DNA of 64,000 nucleotides, taken from an uncultured Ignavibacteria bacterium. GTDB lineage: Bacteria; Zixibacteria; MSB-5A5; CAIYYT01. Both the position numbers and the translations under genes were made by a program. Positions 9,058 to 18,937 of the stretch are shown here, one piece after another. Position 1 is the first letter of the stretch, and the number at the start of each line of letters is the position of its first letter. The notes under the pieces are model-generated. The model made no database searches and was not told the origin of the DNA. It was given only the letters and a program-made list of their open reading frames with translations. The stretch covers positions 128,134 to 192,133 of the forward strand of contig CAZFNN010000004.1 of NCBI GenBank assembly GCA_964520555.1. The letters run 5' to 3'.

Positions 9058-10308
9058 TCACCAACGGAACTCGATTTCGACGCGCCGATTCTGTTCGCGG
9101 CCGGCGCGCGTGCGATTGGAGGCGATCGGGTTACTGGTGCCTCGCCCAATCGCCTCCAGGCGCTCGCGAGCGATTCCGCGCGTCACGAGATAATCGCGCA
9201 CCGAGAGCGCCCGCGTTTTGGACAATCTGAGATTCACGCCTTCTCCGCCCAGATTATCTGTATAGCAGACGATAGCCGCTCGCACTTCCGGAAACATCTG
9301 CAGTAACGTCGCCACTGAATCCACGGCAATTCCGCGCTCCGCTCGCAGCAGCGTGTCGCCGGGTGCGAACAGCGCATGCAGTACCTGCCGGCGCAGGTAG
9401 ACCTCGTAATCCGGACAGCCGTGCGCGTCGACAATGATTCCATCTGCCGTCCCGGGGCAAGTATCGAGCGAGTCGACGACGCCGTCATCGTCGGAGTCGA
9501 TTCTCGCGCTGGCTGAGTCGACCCGCGCCGGAAGCGGCACCATCAGCGTCGAATCGGTCGGCGATCGCTGCGGCTGCACTTCGTAGACGCGGCGATCGGA
9601 TTCTTTCTCTCGCCGTGGACGCAACTCGGCGCCGCCGCTGCGACTCGACGATCGCCCGCCAAAGCTGATCGCGACACCGGCGACGGCGCTGACAATTCCC
9701 CGTGAGCGAGAGTCATTGACCCAATCGGCGAAGTCGGTTCCCAGGCCGGTGAGATACGTCATGGTCGTCGTCAGATCGAACGCAATCCGGCTTGAAAGCT
9801 GATACTCCAGTCCCACCGCGGCGCTGACGGCGATTTCCGTTGCCGCCAAATCAGTCTTGCCGCCATCGCCCGATTGCACCACGAGTTTCGCGTCGTCCGC
9901 GCGCAAATGTGCGCTCCAGATCACCGCCGCCGCCTGCGCCTGCAAGAACGGCGCCAGTCCCCTTCGTTCTTTCAGATAAAGCCGCGGCCCGAGACTGAGT
10001 GACGTTACTTTCCAGCGGTGATTGGATCGGTCATTGTTGATATCGAGGAAAGCAGCAACGCAAGTGTCGTTGTCGATCTGGGCGTGCAAGAGCGATGCGG
10101 TCAGCGCCAGCCGTGGCGTCAACTGGATTTGTGCATCGACCCCGAAGGCGGGCGCCAGTAGCCAAATCTGCGCCGAGTCATTGAGTACCGGCTGCAGGAT
10201 GCCGCCGTGAAGCTGAATTGTGTAGACACGATCGCTGCCGCCAGCCGCCGTGGGAGCGAGACGAATCGCCAGGAGCAACAGGAGGATAATCCACATGCGC
10301 AGACGCAT
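9058..10308 (-). CDS. OmpA-family outer-membrane protein (N-terminal beta-barrel, thrombospondin-type-3-like Asp-rich repeats, C-terminal OmpA/MotB peptidoglycan-binding domain)
   Basis: The C-terminal LSKTRALSVRDYLVTRGI...NRRVEIEF is the canonical OmpA_C motif. DSDDDGVVDSLDTCP...DAHGCPD is TSP3-like. The start is ambiguous (TTG at 10326 or ATG at 10308). Confidence 0.75.
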   Translation of the reverse strand: MRLRMWIILLLLLAIRLAPTAAGGSDRVYTIQLHGGILQPVLNDSAQIWLLAPAFGVDAQIQLTPRLALTASLLHAQIDNDTCVAAFLDINNDRSNHRWKVTSLSLGPRLYLKERRGLAPFLQAQAAAVIWSAHLRADDAKLVVQSGDGGKTDLAATEIAVSAAVGLEYQLSSRIAFDLTTTMTYLTGLGTDFADWVNDSRSRGIVSAVAGVAISFGGRSSSRSGGAELRPRREKESDRRVYEVQPQRSPTDSTLMVPLPARVDSASARIDSDDDGVVDSLDTCPGTADGIIVDAHGCPDYEVYLRRQVLHALFAPGDTLLRAERGIAVDSVATLLQMFPEVRAAIVCYTDNLGGEGVNLRLSKTRALSVRDYLVTRGIARERLEAIGRGTSNPIASNRTRAGREQNRRVEIEFRW

Positions 10309-10339
10309 GATCCGAAGATTGATCAATTCAATCCGGCGC

Positions 10340-11587
10340 TCAATACATTTTTTGAATCAGCGCGCCGGTGTAATAGTGAGTCAAAATCTCCTGGTAGCTT
10401 TGCCCCGCGCGAGCACGGCCAATGGCGCCGCACTGGCACATTCCGATTCCGTGACCATAGCCGCGGCCGCTGACCTGCACCGCCGTCACCAGACCGGCTG
10501 AATCGTACACCATCTGAAAATCCACATCCGATGAACGCAGGATACCGCCGCCATTCGGCCGCGAAATCGCCCAGCGAATCTGGTCCTTGATCAAGTAGAC
10601 ATCGCCACGCTCGGTGGTGACGCGCAGCGTGATTGCGCGTCCGCCCGTTGCGCGCGACTGCACCGTCATCGCCATCAGTCGCGTGCCCAAAGTGCTGGCG
10701 TCCTTGCGTCCCGACTCAAGATACTTGCGAACCGATGCCAGCACCGAATCCGCCGCCAATGTTTCCTCCCAGGTGTAGTACTTCGACCAGTTGCAGAAGG
10801 TGTCATCTGGCACGCTCTGCAGATAGGAGCGTGGCTCTTTGTCCCAGACGTCGGCCACCGCCTCGGTATGACCGCCGCAGGTCGAATGATAGTACGTCTC
10901 GATCAGTTCACCGTCCGCAATCAGGACTTCGCCACGCGTTTCGCGCAGGGCCTGATCGGTCAGGCGCTGCTCGCCGTCGACACCGATATACACCTGATCG
11001 AGAATCTCGTTCACCATGTCATACTGCTTGTTGGGATATTTCCCGCGCGTCACCAGCGCATAGGTGCGCGCCGCAACCGCCTGAGCCTTGACCGCTTCAT
11101 ATTCATCCTGGTTGCGCCGGCCGATCTCCGGCGCTAGTACGCCGCGCAGATAGTCTTCGAGGTTGAGGACATTGACGATGTACAGGGTGTCGTGGCCATC
11201 AGGGTAGAATTCGAAGACACCGCGGAACTTGCGCTTGTCCAGCCACAGCCACGATTTCTTGTCCGCCGACACCGTTACCTTCTTGAGCTTTGTTTCCAAC
11301 CGGTTGCCGTCAAGATCGGTCAGAGTCAGATACGAGCCTTCCGCATCGATCTTCAAGTGCGCCGAGGAGTAATAGGCGGACTTCTCATTGTTCAGATCCC
11401 AGGTGCGCACCACGCAATCGCCGTTGGCGCCGAATTTGATCTGGTCGGCCGTATGGAGAATGCGCACGCGAATCAACGGCTTCTTGAGCGCGTCGTAGCC
11501 GTCTTGCTTGACCGCGTAGTTCATCCGCGCGCAGGCCAGCATCGACACGATGAACGTAATGATTGCAACGACAAATGTTCGTATCAT
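10340..11587 (-). CDS. SpoIID/LytB-domain protein (peptidoglycan remodelling / amidase activator)
   Basis: ARTYAL...YHSTCGGHTE SpoIID signature. N-terminal TM/signal. Overlaps the anmK stop by 4 nt. Confidence 0.8.
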   Translation of the reverse strand: MIRTFVVAIITFIVSMLACARMNYAVKQDGYDALKKPLIRVRILHTADQIKFGANGDCVVRTWDLNNEKSAYYSSAHLKIDAEGSYLTLTDLDGNRLETKLKKVTVSADKKSWLWLDKRKFRGVFEFYPDGHDTLYIVNVLNLEDYLRGVLAPEIGRRNQDEYEAVKAQAVAARTYALVTRGKYPNKQYDMVNEILDQVYIGVDGEQRLTDQALRETRGEVLIADGELIETYYHSTCGGHTEAVADVWDKEPRSYLQSVPDDTFCNWSKYYTWEETLAADSVLASVRKYLESGRKDASTLGTRLMAMTVQSRATGGRAITLRVTTERGDVYLIKDQIRWAISRPNGGGILRSSDVDFQMVYDSAGLVTAVQVSGRGYGHGIGMCQCGAIGRARAGQSYQEILTHYYTGALIQKMY

Positions 11588-12756
11588 GGCAATGATATCT
11601 TACCCAAGACCGCCCGACGCGCTGCGCCGGTAACCTGGGGCAGATTCCCTTCCTCGTCTTCGATCGCTAGATTGGCCAGATACGCAAACGTCTCCGCCTC
11701 GACGAAATCGACATTTGACCCGAATTCCGTAGTCAGACTCACCCGCGCCGGTGCGAGATGCTCCTGCAAGCGCCGCAGCAGAGTCCGATTGTGCGCGCCG
11801 CCGCCGCAGACCAGTACCAACGATGGCGACTCATCACGGCAAAGGCGTTGCGTCTGGCGCTGGATCGTTACTGCCGTGAATTCCGTCAGCGTCGCTGCCG
11901 TATCCTCAGGCTTCAGTTGTTCGATCAGGGTCCGGATCGGCTCAGCTTCAAGCAACTGCGCCATTTCCCGGCGGTCAAGACTCAACGGCAGTGTGCGGGT
12001 CATGAACTCGCTCTGCAACATGTTCGCCAGTAGTCCTTCATGAATGGAACCGCTCGCAGCCGCCGCGCCATCGGCATCAAAATCGCGATCGAACATGTTA
12101 CGCATCAACGTGTCGACCAGGCAATTCCCGGGACCGGTATCGGTAGCCAACACCTCGCCGTTGCGTTTGAGTACGGAAACATTGGCGATACCGCCGATAT
12201 TGACCACCGCCTTGGTCAGTCGCTTCTCGGAAAACCGCAACGCATGGTAGACCGGCGCCAGCGGCGCCCCGCTGCCCCCGACCGCCAGATCAGCACTGCG
12301 AAAGTCGCTGACCGTCACCACGCCCATTGCTTTCGCCAGATACTCTGCCTCGCCGATCTGAAGCGTGGCGCGCGTCTCGTATCCCGCAACGGTGCGCGGC
12401 TGCGACAGATGTCGTACCGTTTGCCCGTGCGATCCGATCAAATCGACCTGCTCCCGCGCGATCTGGTGTGCCCGGCAGAACTCGACTACCGCGCCGGCAT
12501 AGAAGCGACCCAGCACGTGACTCGCCGCGCTCAATTCCTCCAGCGACACGGCTGCGGCACTCGACAAGTCAAGCACCTTGTCGCGCAATGCGGAAGGGTA
12601 GGGCACTGTCGCCGCCGCCAGGTCGCGCAGCGAACGATCAAGCAAGTTGACTTCGCAATAGGCGATATCCAATCCGTCCGCCGACGTCCCCGACATCAAC
12701 CCGAGGGTGTGCCGCGGCATCTTGTTGGTAATCACTTTGATCAATGGGTGGATCAT
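11584..12756 (-). CDS. anmK: Anhydro-N-acetylmuramic acid kinase
   Basis: GLMSGTSADGLD N-terminal ATP-binding motif of AnmK. ATGA overlap with the nagZ stop. Confidence 0.85.
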   Translation of the reverse strand: MIHPLIKVITNKMPRHTLGLMSGTSADGLDIAYCEVNLLDRSLRDLAAATVPYPSALRDKVLDLSSAAAVSLEELSAASHVLGRFYAGAVVEFCRAHQIAREQVDLIGSHGQTVRHLSQPRTVAGYETRATLQIGEAEYLAKAMGVVTVSDFRSADLAVGGSGAPLAPVYHALRFSEKRLTKAVVNIGGIANVSVLKRNGEVLATDTGPGNCLVDTLMRNMFDRDFDADGAAAASGSIHEGLLANMLQSEFMTRTLPLSLDRREMAQLLEAEPIRTLIEQLKPEDTAATLTEFTAVTIQRQTQRLCRDESPSLVLVCGGGAHNRTLLRRLQEHLAPARVSLTTEFGSNVDFVEAETFAYLANLAIEDEEGNLPQVTGAARRAVLGKISLP

Positions 12757-13751
12757 GCACTCAGGAACTGCGCGTTTTCTTTCTTAAACCGGCTGACTCG
12801 ATGGTAGCTGGCTGCGATTCGCAATGCAAGTCTTTCGTCATTCTGCGCCTGCGCCGCAATCAGGCCAATCACTTCGTCCAACTGCTCCTGCAGATTGGCA
12901 TAGATCAACAAGTCGTTGCCCGCCAGCAACGCGCGCGCGCCGGCCTCGACCTGATCGATCTGCTCCAGTGCGCCCAACATCTGCAAATCATCAGAAATGA
13001 CCAGCCCGGAAAAACCGATTTCGCCGCGTAATTCTTCCTCGACAATGCGCTCCGAGAAAGTCGCGATTTGGCTCGAATCGAGTGAATCTGCTCGCACGTG
13101 AGTGGTCATCACGAAATTGGCGCCTGCCTGCGCCGCCGCGCGAAACGGCGCATAGTCCCTCTGCCGAAATTCCTCGCGGCTCTGCAGCGAGTGCGCGACC
13201 ACACGATGCGGGTCGCCGACAGAGCTCGCCAGGCCGGGAAAGTGCTTGGCGCACGCCAGCACACGTTCGCGATGAAATCGCTGGACTTGCGCCGCCGTCA
13301 CCGCCGCCACTGCTTCCGGATCAGAGGAATAGGCGCGCCCGTAAAGCACGTGGTCGTCTGTTGCGGGCGCCAAATCGCAGACCGGCGCCAGATTCAGATT
13401 GACGCCGTCTCTGCGCAGTTCCCGCGCCGTGACGGCAGCGGCAGCCAGCAAGCCGTCCGGATCGCCGGCTTCGGCATAATACAGCGGCGAGGGAAACGTG
13501 GGAAATTCTCCGTCGAAACGCACGACGCGCCCGCCCTCCTGATCCACGGCAATCAGCGCCTGTGCCCCCGCGGCTACTGTCGCCGTCGCGTTCAGACGCC
13601 GCAGTTGATCGCGGTCGCGGTAATTGCGGGCAAACAGGATAATGCCGCCGAGCGCACCGTCCTTTAATGCCGCTTCAAAGTTGTGAGGAAGCAATTGACC
13701 GTCGAATCCCGCTACCAGCAGTGATCCGACCATGCGCCGCAACTCGAGCAT
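12753..13751 (-). CDS. nagZ: Beta-N-acetylhexosaminidase NagZ (GH3)
   Basis: KHFPG...D motif and DDLQMLGA. Collinear with E. coli NagZ. The start overlaps the stop of the GGDEF gene. Confidence 0.85.
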   Translation of the reverse strand: MLELRRMVGSLLVAGFDGQLLPHNFEAALKDGALGGIILFARNYRDRDQLRRLNATATVAAGAQALIAVDQEGGRVVRFDGEFPTFPSPLYYAEAGDPDGLLAAAAVTARELRRDGVNLNLAPVCDLAPATDDHVLYGRAYSSDPEAVAAVTAAQVQRFHRERVLACAKHFPGLASSVGDPHRVVAHSLQSREEFRQRDYAPFRAAAQAGANFVMTTHVRADSLDSSQIATFSERIVEEELRGEIGFSGLVISDDLQMLGALEQIDQVEAGARALLAGNDLLIYANLQEQLDEVIGLIAAQAQNDERLALRIAASYHRVSRFKKENAQFLSA

Positions 13752-15310
13752 CAGATCATCACGACCGCGTTTTTGCCGCTGCCTTTGGCGAGGTACATCG
13801 CCTGATCGACCAGCTGCACCAACTCATCTTCGCTGCGCCCGTTGTCGGGATAGGTGGTGATGCCGACCGACACGGTGACTTTCAGGCGCGGATATTTGGC
13901 GCCGTCGCCGAAGGTTGAGCGCTCGATTTCGGCGCGAATCCGCTCGGCAATGATTCGGGCGTCGTCGTTATCCGTCTGCGGCAGGATGATAATGAACTCC
14001 TCGCCGCCATAGCGCGCGAGGACGTCGGTGTCACGAATGTTGGCCGCAATCACCCGCACCACGCCGCGCAATAGCATATTCCCCGCCTCATGTCCGTAAC
14101 TGTCATTGATCCGCTTGAACCAGTCGAGGTCGACCATGATCAGCGATAACGGCTGGTGGTAGCGGGTGGCACGTTTGATTTCATCGTTGAGGCGCTCGGA
14201 GAAGAAGCGGTAGTTGTAGACTCCGGTCAGCTCGTCAATAATCACCATCTTCTCCAATTCGGCGTGCAGGCGCGAATTTTCGTAGGCCATTGCCGCCGAC
14301 CCCGCCAGAATCGCCGCGACCTTTTGGTCCGTTTCGGAGAAACGATTGAGCCGGCTGGCCTCCGCCTGCAAGACGCCGATGACGCGTCCATGCGATATCA
14401 TCGGTACGATCAGCGCGCTCTGCGCGTCGCTGATGGTCGGAATATATTCGGGAAACTGCTGCAGATCAACGATTCTTCGCGCCCGGCCGGAACGCACGAC
14501 TTCGCCGACCAGTCCTTCCGTCGCGATGATTTCGCGCAAGCCGGTGGTCAGTCGCCGGCTCTCCTGCAGCCGTCCGCGCTCGTACAGGTAGGTTAAGTCG
14601 GGGGCGCAAAGCTGAATCGAACACATCTCGAAGCCCAGAATTGACTCCACGATGTTCAAGACGTCGCGGGTGATGCCCTGATCGTCATGCAGTTCGCCCA
14701 ACAACCGCGAGGTCTCGTAGATGTTCTCGATCCGTGCCTGTGAACGTTCCAGTTCGGTCGTGCTCTCGTTGAGCGAATCCAGCAGCTTCAGCAGCTTGCC
14801 CTCCGACTGCTTCATGTGCCGCGCGACATACCCGACCGCGTACGCGAAAAACCACGCAAACCCGACCCGCAACCCCAGTTCAATCGGCGAAGTGCTCGTG
14901 AGCAGTTCCGGGTTGGAGACGATGTAAAGAATCGTTACGGCGAACGAAACGCCCACGCAGAAGTTCAGGCTGAAGTAGTACGCCGAGAACATGATGTTCA
15001 GGTAGTACAGCAGGTAAAAACCGGAATCCGCGCCGCCGGTGAACTTGATCAAGTAGGTCACGAAGATCACGTCGAAGATTAAGGAATAGGTGAAGACCTC
15101 CGAGATCAGCTTCGGCTTGAATTTCCAAATGGAATAGAAGATCGCCAAGTGCAGCGCGAAGATCACCATGCCAAAGCTGATCTCGCGCTGGACGTTTTCG
15201 GCCCCGGCCGTGGAAAACATCCAACTCAGCACGGCTACCGCCGTGATGGCACGCGAAGCCATGTAGATGCTCTCTAACCGGGGGAAGAGTGATCGAATCG
15301 TGCTATTCAA
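13751..15310 (-). CDS. Membrane-anchored GAF-GGDEF diguanylate cyclase
   Basis: About 6 N-terminal TM helices, a GAF domain and a GGDEF domain with an intact RYGGEEF active site. First gene of the nagZ-anmK-spoIID-ompA string. Confidence 0.8.
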   Translation of the reverse strand: MNSTIRSLFPRLESIYMASRAITAVAVLSWMFSTAGAENVQREISFGMVIFALHLAIFYSIWKFKPKLISEVFTYSLIFDVIFVTYLIKFTGGADSGFYLLYYLNIMFSAYYFSLNFCVGVSFAVTILYIVSNPELLTSTSPIELGLRVGFAWFFAYAVGYVARHMKQSEGKLLKLLDSLNESTTELERSQARIENIYETSRLLGELHDDQGITRDVLNIVESILGFEMCSIQLCAPDLTYLYERGRLQESRRLTTGLREIIATEGLVGEVVRSGRARRIVDLQQFPEYIPTISDAQSALIVPMISHGRVIGVLQAEASRLNRFSETDQKVAAILAGSAAMAYENSRLHAELEKMVIIDELTGVYNYRFFSERLNDEIKRATRYHQPLSLIMVDLDWFKRINDSYGHEAGNMLLRGVVRVIAANIRDTDVLARYGGEEFIIILPQTDNDDARIIAERIRAEIERSTFGDGAKYPRLKVTVSVGITTYPDNGRSEDELVQLVDQAMYLAKGSGKNAVVMI

Positions 15311-15507
15311 AGTGCGCTCGCCCGGGTAAGTTTCCCATTAGTCGTATTATCGACTTCTCGAGCGAAAGCCTTAATCCATTATCGATCAGAAGGTTAGTTG
15401 CAAAGACGCTGTTGCGATGCGGTACTGCCGTTCGACACCGAAAACGACCATAGTCAATCAGCGAGTGACTCAATCATTGCAGCGAGAAGCGCTTACTGCT
15501 GTCAGAG

Positions 15508-15544
15508 GAGCCAAAACGAAAGCGAGAGTGCGGAGCACTCTCGC
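15508..15544 (-). terminator. Rho-independent terminator of ptrB-like gene
   Basis: gcgagagtgc-gga-gcactctcgc is a 10-bp stem. On the minus strand it is followed by TTTCGTTTTGG. Confidence 0.6.
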
Positions 15545-15576
15545 TTCATCTCGAAACACTTGGTCAAGCGCCGGTG

Positions 15577-17730
15577 TCAAGGCTGGAGCTTCAGCACCTT
15601 CAACAGAAACGCGAACTCAAATGCGATCTCCTTGTAAGCCTCATAACGCCCCGACGCCCCGCCGTGACCGGCATCCATGTTGGTCTTCAGCAACAGCAAA
15701 TTGCCGTCGGTCTTCATGGCGCGCAACTTGGCGCAGAATTTCGCCGGCTCCCAGTACGCCACGCGCGGATCGTTCAAGCCGGCGGTAATCAAGATCGGCG
15801 GATAGTTCGTGGCACGGACATTGTCGTACGGCGAATACGAGCGCATGTAGCTGTAATATTCCGGCTGAAGCGGATTGCCCCATTCCTCCCATTCGGTGAC
15901 CGTCAACGGAATCGTCGAGTCCGCCATGGTGTTGATCAAGTCAACAAACGGCACATCGGCAACGACCGCACCCCACAAATCGGGTCGCATCGTCAACACC
16001 GACCCGACCAGCAGACCGCCGGCGCTACCGCCATAAGCGATGACCTTGTCCTCGGCCGCGTACTTCTCGTTGATCAGGTGCTCGGCGCAGGCGATGAAGT
16101 CGGTGAAGGTGTTCTTCTTGTTCAGCAGCCGGCCGGCATAGTACCACGGCCGCCCCATCTCGCCGCCGCCGCGCACCTGCGCAATCGCAAACACAAAACC
16201 GCGGTCGAGCAGGCTGATCCGGGCCACCGAAAACCACGGGTCCTCCGGAATTCCATAAGCGCCGTAGCCGTCAAGATACACCGGGTTCGTTCCGTCCTTG
16301 CGAAACTTGTCCTTGCGGTAAACGAGCGCGATCGGCACCTGCACCCCGTCCGGCGCCGTCGCAAAAATGCGCTCGGCCTGATATTGCGTGGCATCATAAC
16401 CGCTGGGAATTTCGTCCTGCTTCAGAAGCTTGCGCTCGCGCGATTCCATGTCGTATTCAAACACCGATTTCTGTGTCGTCAGCGACATGTAGGTAAACCG
16501 CAGCATCCGGCTGTTGAAGTCGGGATTGCTGTTGAATAGTGCCGTGAACGTTGCTTCCGGAAATTCGATGTTGTGCCCCGCCTTGTCGCTCAAGCGCACG
16601 ATCTTGAGCTGAATCAATCCGTTCTGGCGTTCGCTGATAGCGACGTAATCCTTGAAGGTCTTCATCGACTCGACCCGGATCTCCTCGCGGTACGGCAGGA
16701 ACTCCTTCCAGTTCGCCTTGCCCGGATTGCTCGCCGGCGCCGTCATCACCTTGAAGTTGAGCGCGTTGTCGTTGGTGATAATGAAAAACTGGTCGTCGTG
16801 CGGGAACACGTAATACTCCAGGCCCGCCTGGCGCGGCTGCACCACCTTGAATTCGCCGAGCGGGTTGTTGGCGTCGAGGTAGAGTGCTTCCGAGGTCGTC
16901 TCGCTGCCCAGATCGATCATGATCCAGCGCTTGTTGCGCGACAGCGCCACGTCGACGAAGTAGTGATCGTCCGGCTCCTCAAAAATCAGCTTGTCCGCGC
17001 TTGCGGCGCTGCCGAGCACGTGACGATAGATGCGATACGGCCGGTAGGTTTCGTCGAGCACGTCGTAGAAAAGCGTGTGGTTGTCCGCAGCCCAGGCGAT
17101 GCTGTTGCCGACGTTGGGCACGTGGTCGCTCAGCAGTTCGCCGCTCTGCAGGTCCTTGACATACAGCGTGTAGACCTCGCCGCCCGTCGTATCGACCGAG
17201 TAAGCCAGCAACTGGTGATTCGGGCTGATGCCGTACGCGCCGACGTGCAGATATTCCTTCCCGACCGCCAGCTCGTTTTCGTCGAGCAGAATTTCTTCCG
17301 GCGCCTCCAGACTCCCCAACTTGCGGCAGTGGATCGCATATTCCTTCCCTTGCTCGGTGCGCGAGTAGTAGTAGTAGTTATCAACCTTTTCCGGCACGCT
17401 CAGGTCGGTCTCTTTGATGCGGCCGATGATTTCCTTGTAGATCTGCTCCTGCAGCGCCTCCGTGTCTTTCATCATCGCCTTGGTGTGTTCGTTCTCGGCT
17501 TCGAGATAGTCGAAAACATCCGGATCGGTGCGGTCGCGCAGCCAGAAGTAGTTGTCGATGCGCACATCGCCGAACAGCGTGTCCGCCTTGGGAATCACCG
17601 TCGCCACCGGCGGTGTCGGCGCCTGCGCCAGCGCGGCTGCGCTCAAGCCAAGGACAATCAAAACCCAGATTGCTGTGAGCTTACTGAGTTCAAATCTGTT
17701 GAACCGAAGAGTCATTCTTTTCCTCCGCAT
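15577..17730 (-). CDS. ptrB: Oligopeptidase B / prolyl oligopeptidase (S9A)
   Basis: 717 aa. Signal peptide, N-terminal 7-blade propeller, GGSAGGLLVG nucleophile motif and C-terminal Asp/His. Confidence 0.8.
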   Translation of the reverse strand: MRRKRMTLRFNRFELSKLTAIWVLIVLGLSAAALAQAPTPPVATVIPKADTLFGDVRIDNYFWLRDRTDPDVFDYLEAENEHTKAMMKDTEALQEQIYKEIIGRIKETDLSVPEKVDNYYYYSRTEQGKEYAIHCRKLGSLEAPEEILLDENELAVGKEYLHVGAYGISPNHQLLAYSVDTTGGEVYTLYVKDLQSGELLSDHVPNVGNSIAWAADNHTLFYDVLDETYRPYRIYRHVLGSAASADKLIFEEPDDHYFVDVALSRNKRWIMIDLGSETTSEALYLDANNPLGEFKVVQPRQAGLEYYVFPHDDQFFIITNDNALNFKVMTAPASNPGKANWKEFLPYREEIRVESMKTFKDYVAISERQNGLIQLKIVRLSDKAGHNIEFPEATFTALFNSNPDFNSRMLRFTYMSLTTQKSVFEYDMESRERKLLKQDEIPSGYDATQYQAERIFATAPDGVQVPIALVYRKDKFRKDGTNPVYLDGYGAYGIPEDPWFSVARISLLDRGFVFAIAQVRGGGEMGRPWYYAGRLLNKKNTFTDFIACAEHLINEKYAAEDKVIAYGGSAGGLLVGSVLTMRPDLWGAVVADVPFVDLINTMADSTIPLTVTEWEEWGNPLQPEYYSYMRSYSPYDNVRATNYPPILITAGLNDPRVAYWEPAKFCAKLRAMKTDGNLLLLKTNMDAGHGGASGRYEAYKEIAFEFAFLLKVLKLQP

Positions 17731-17944
17731 ATATAGCGGTTATACGATTATTGGGAGAAGAAGGTATGAAATTCCAGGGTGCTTTGGAAGCGCGAACCTT
17801 GCCGAAAAGTCGATCCGGAGCTCAACAAATCACCTTGACGCCCGTGAAATTGGAGATGTATACTGGAGTGCATTGGCTTTGCGCATGCGAGATTCCCCTG
17901 GTCGGATCCTGCATCGGGTCGATGATTTTGAAGGGAGTGCCTAC

Positions 17945-18856
17945 ATGACTACAAATTCAGCGGCGATTGCCCGATCGGTATTCGCCGCATCCTGTCTGAT
18001 AATCCTCTTGGCAAGCGGACTAACCGCAAACAAGCCAGTGAGCCGTCCCTACAACCTGGATGCCGATCTCGAATTGTTATTGCCTGACACGATCGTTGTT
18101 GGTGACACGTTTCGAGTGACCTTCAATGTCAAGATCAAGCAGCCGATCACGCATTACAACGATGTGCCAGACAAGGTCGTTATTCTCCTTCCCCCTTGCT
18201 GTGTTCTGGATTCAGGACAAACGGAGTGGCACGGACGCCTTGAAGAGGGCTCTGTTGTATCGCTGGTCTTAAGAGCCCGTGCTGTGCATGGCTGTTACGA
18301 GTTCTTCCAAGGGTTCGTCAGCGCCTCTTGCAGTGTCAGTCATTCAAATCTCTTCAAGACGCGAGGCAGGATAACTTCTCGCTACTATCGGATCTTGGGG
18401 CCGCCCGAGGCAATCTCTGGTCAACCGGAGAGTTTGAGTCTAAGGGTATCCGATTCGCATGCAGAGCACCCGCGGCTGAAGTTAGTACCAATGAGCGACT
18501 CGCTTAGACGGCTACTCGACTCGAATATCCATTGGCAGCCTCGCGAGGTTAAGCTGATGGCTCCTCGCAACAACCAAGTGCTATGGATGGACTCGCTTCG
18601 AACTCTTGCGGCAGCGATTTCCTATTTTGATAGCACTGAGAATTGGCTTTACATTGCGGACAATAGTCAGGGCGACGTTGTCAGGCGCGACTCCCGATTG
18701 CCCTATATCTGCAAATCCCTGACCCAAGGCCTAACTGTCGAGCGTGCCCGAGATCGAACCTGCAAGATCACGATGGAGGACGGCCTCGATGAAGGGGAGA
18801 TTGAGATACGTGTAGGTTCAGACGTCTTCACCGCAGTCGTGAAACGCCAGCAATGA
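17945..18856 (+). CDS. Hypothetical secreted/lipoprotein, no recognisable domain (low-GC islet)
   Basis: 303 aa from the ATG at 17945, with signal peptide SVFAASCLIILLASG. Local GC is about 50%, against about 63% in the flanks. Confidence 0.45.
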   Translation: MTTNSAAIARSVFAASCLIILLASGLTANKPVSRPYNLDADLELLLPDTIVVGDTFRVTFNVKIKQPITHYNDVPDKVVILLPPCCVLDSGQTEWHGRLEEGSVVSLVLRARAVHGCYEFFQGFVSASCSVSHSNLFKTRGRITSRYYRILGPPEAISGQPESLSLRVSDSHAEHPRLKLVPMSDSLRRLLDSNIHWQPREVKLMAPRNNQVLWMDSLRTLAAAISYFDSTENWLYIADNSQGDVVRRDSRLPYICKSLTQGLTVERARDRTCKITMEDGLDEGEIEIRVGSDVFTAVVKRQQ

Positions 18857-18873
18857 CAGGCTAAACACAAGAA

Positions 18874-18912
18874 AAGCGGCTAACCTCTCGATCAGCCGCT
18901 TGTATCTTATTC
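18874..18912 (+). terminator. Hairpin plus T-rich tract after the hypothetical lipoprotein gene
   Basis: aagcggct-N12-agccgctt followed by gtatcttattcc, between convergent genes. Confidence 0.35.
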
Positions 18913-18937
18913 CAAGACTCTGAATACTATCTGCGCC

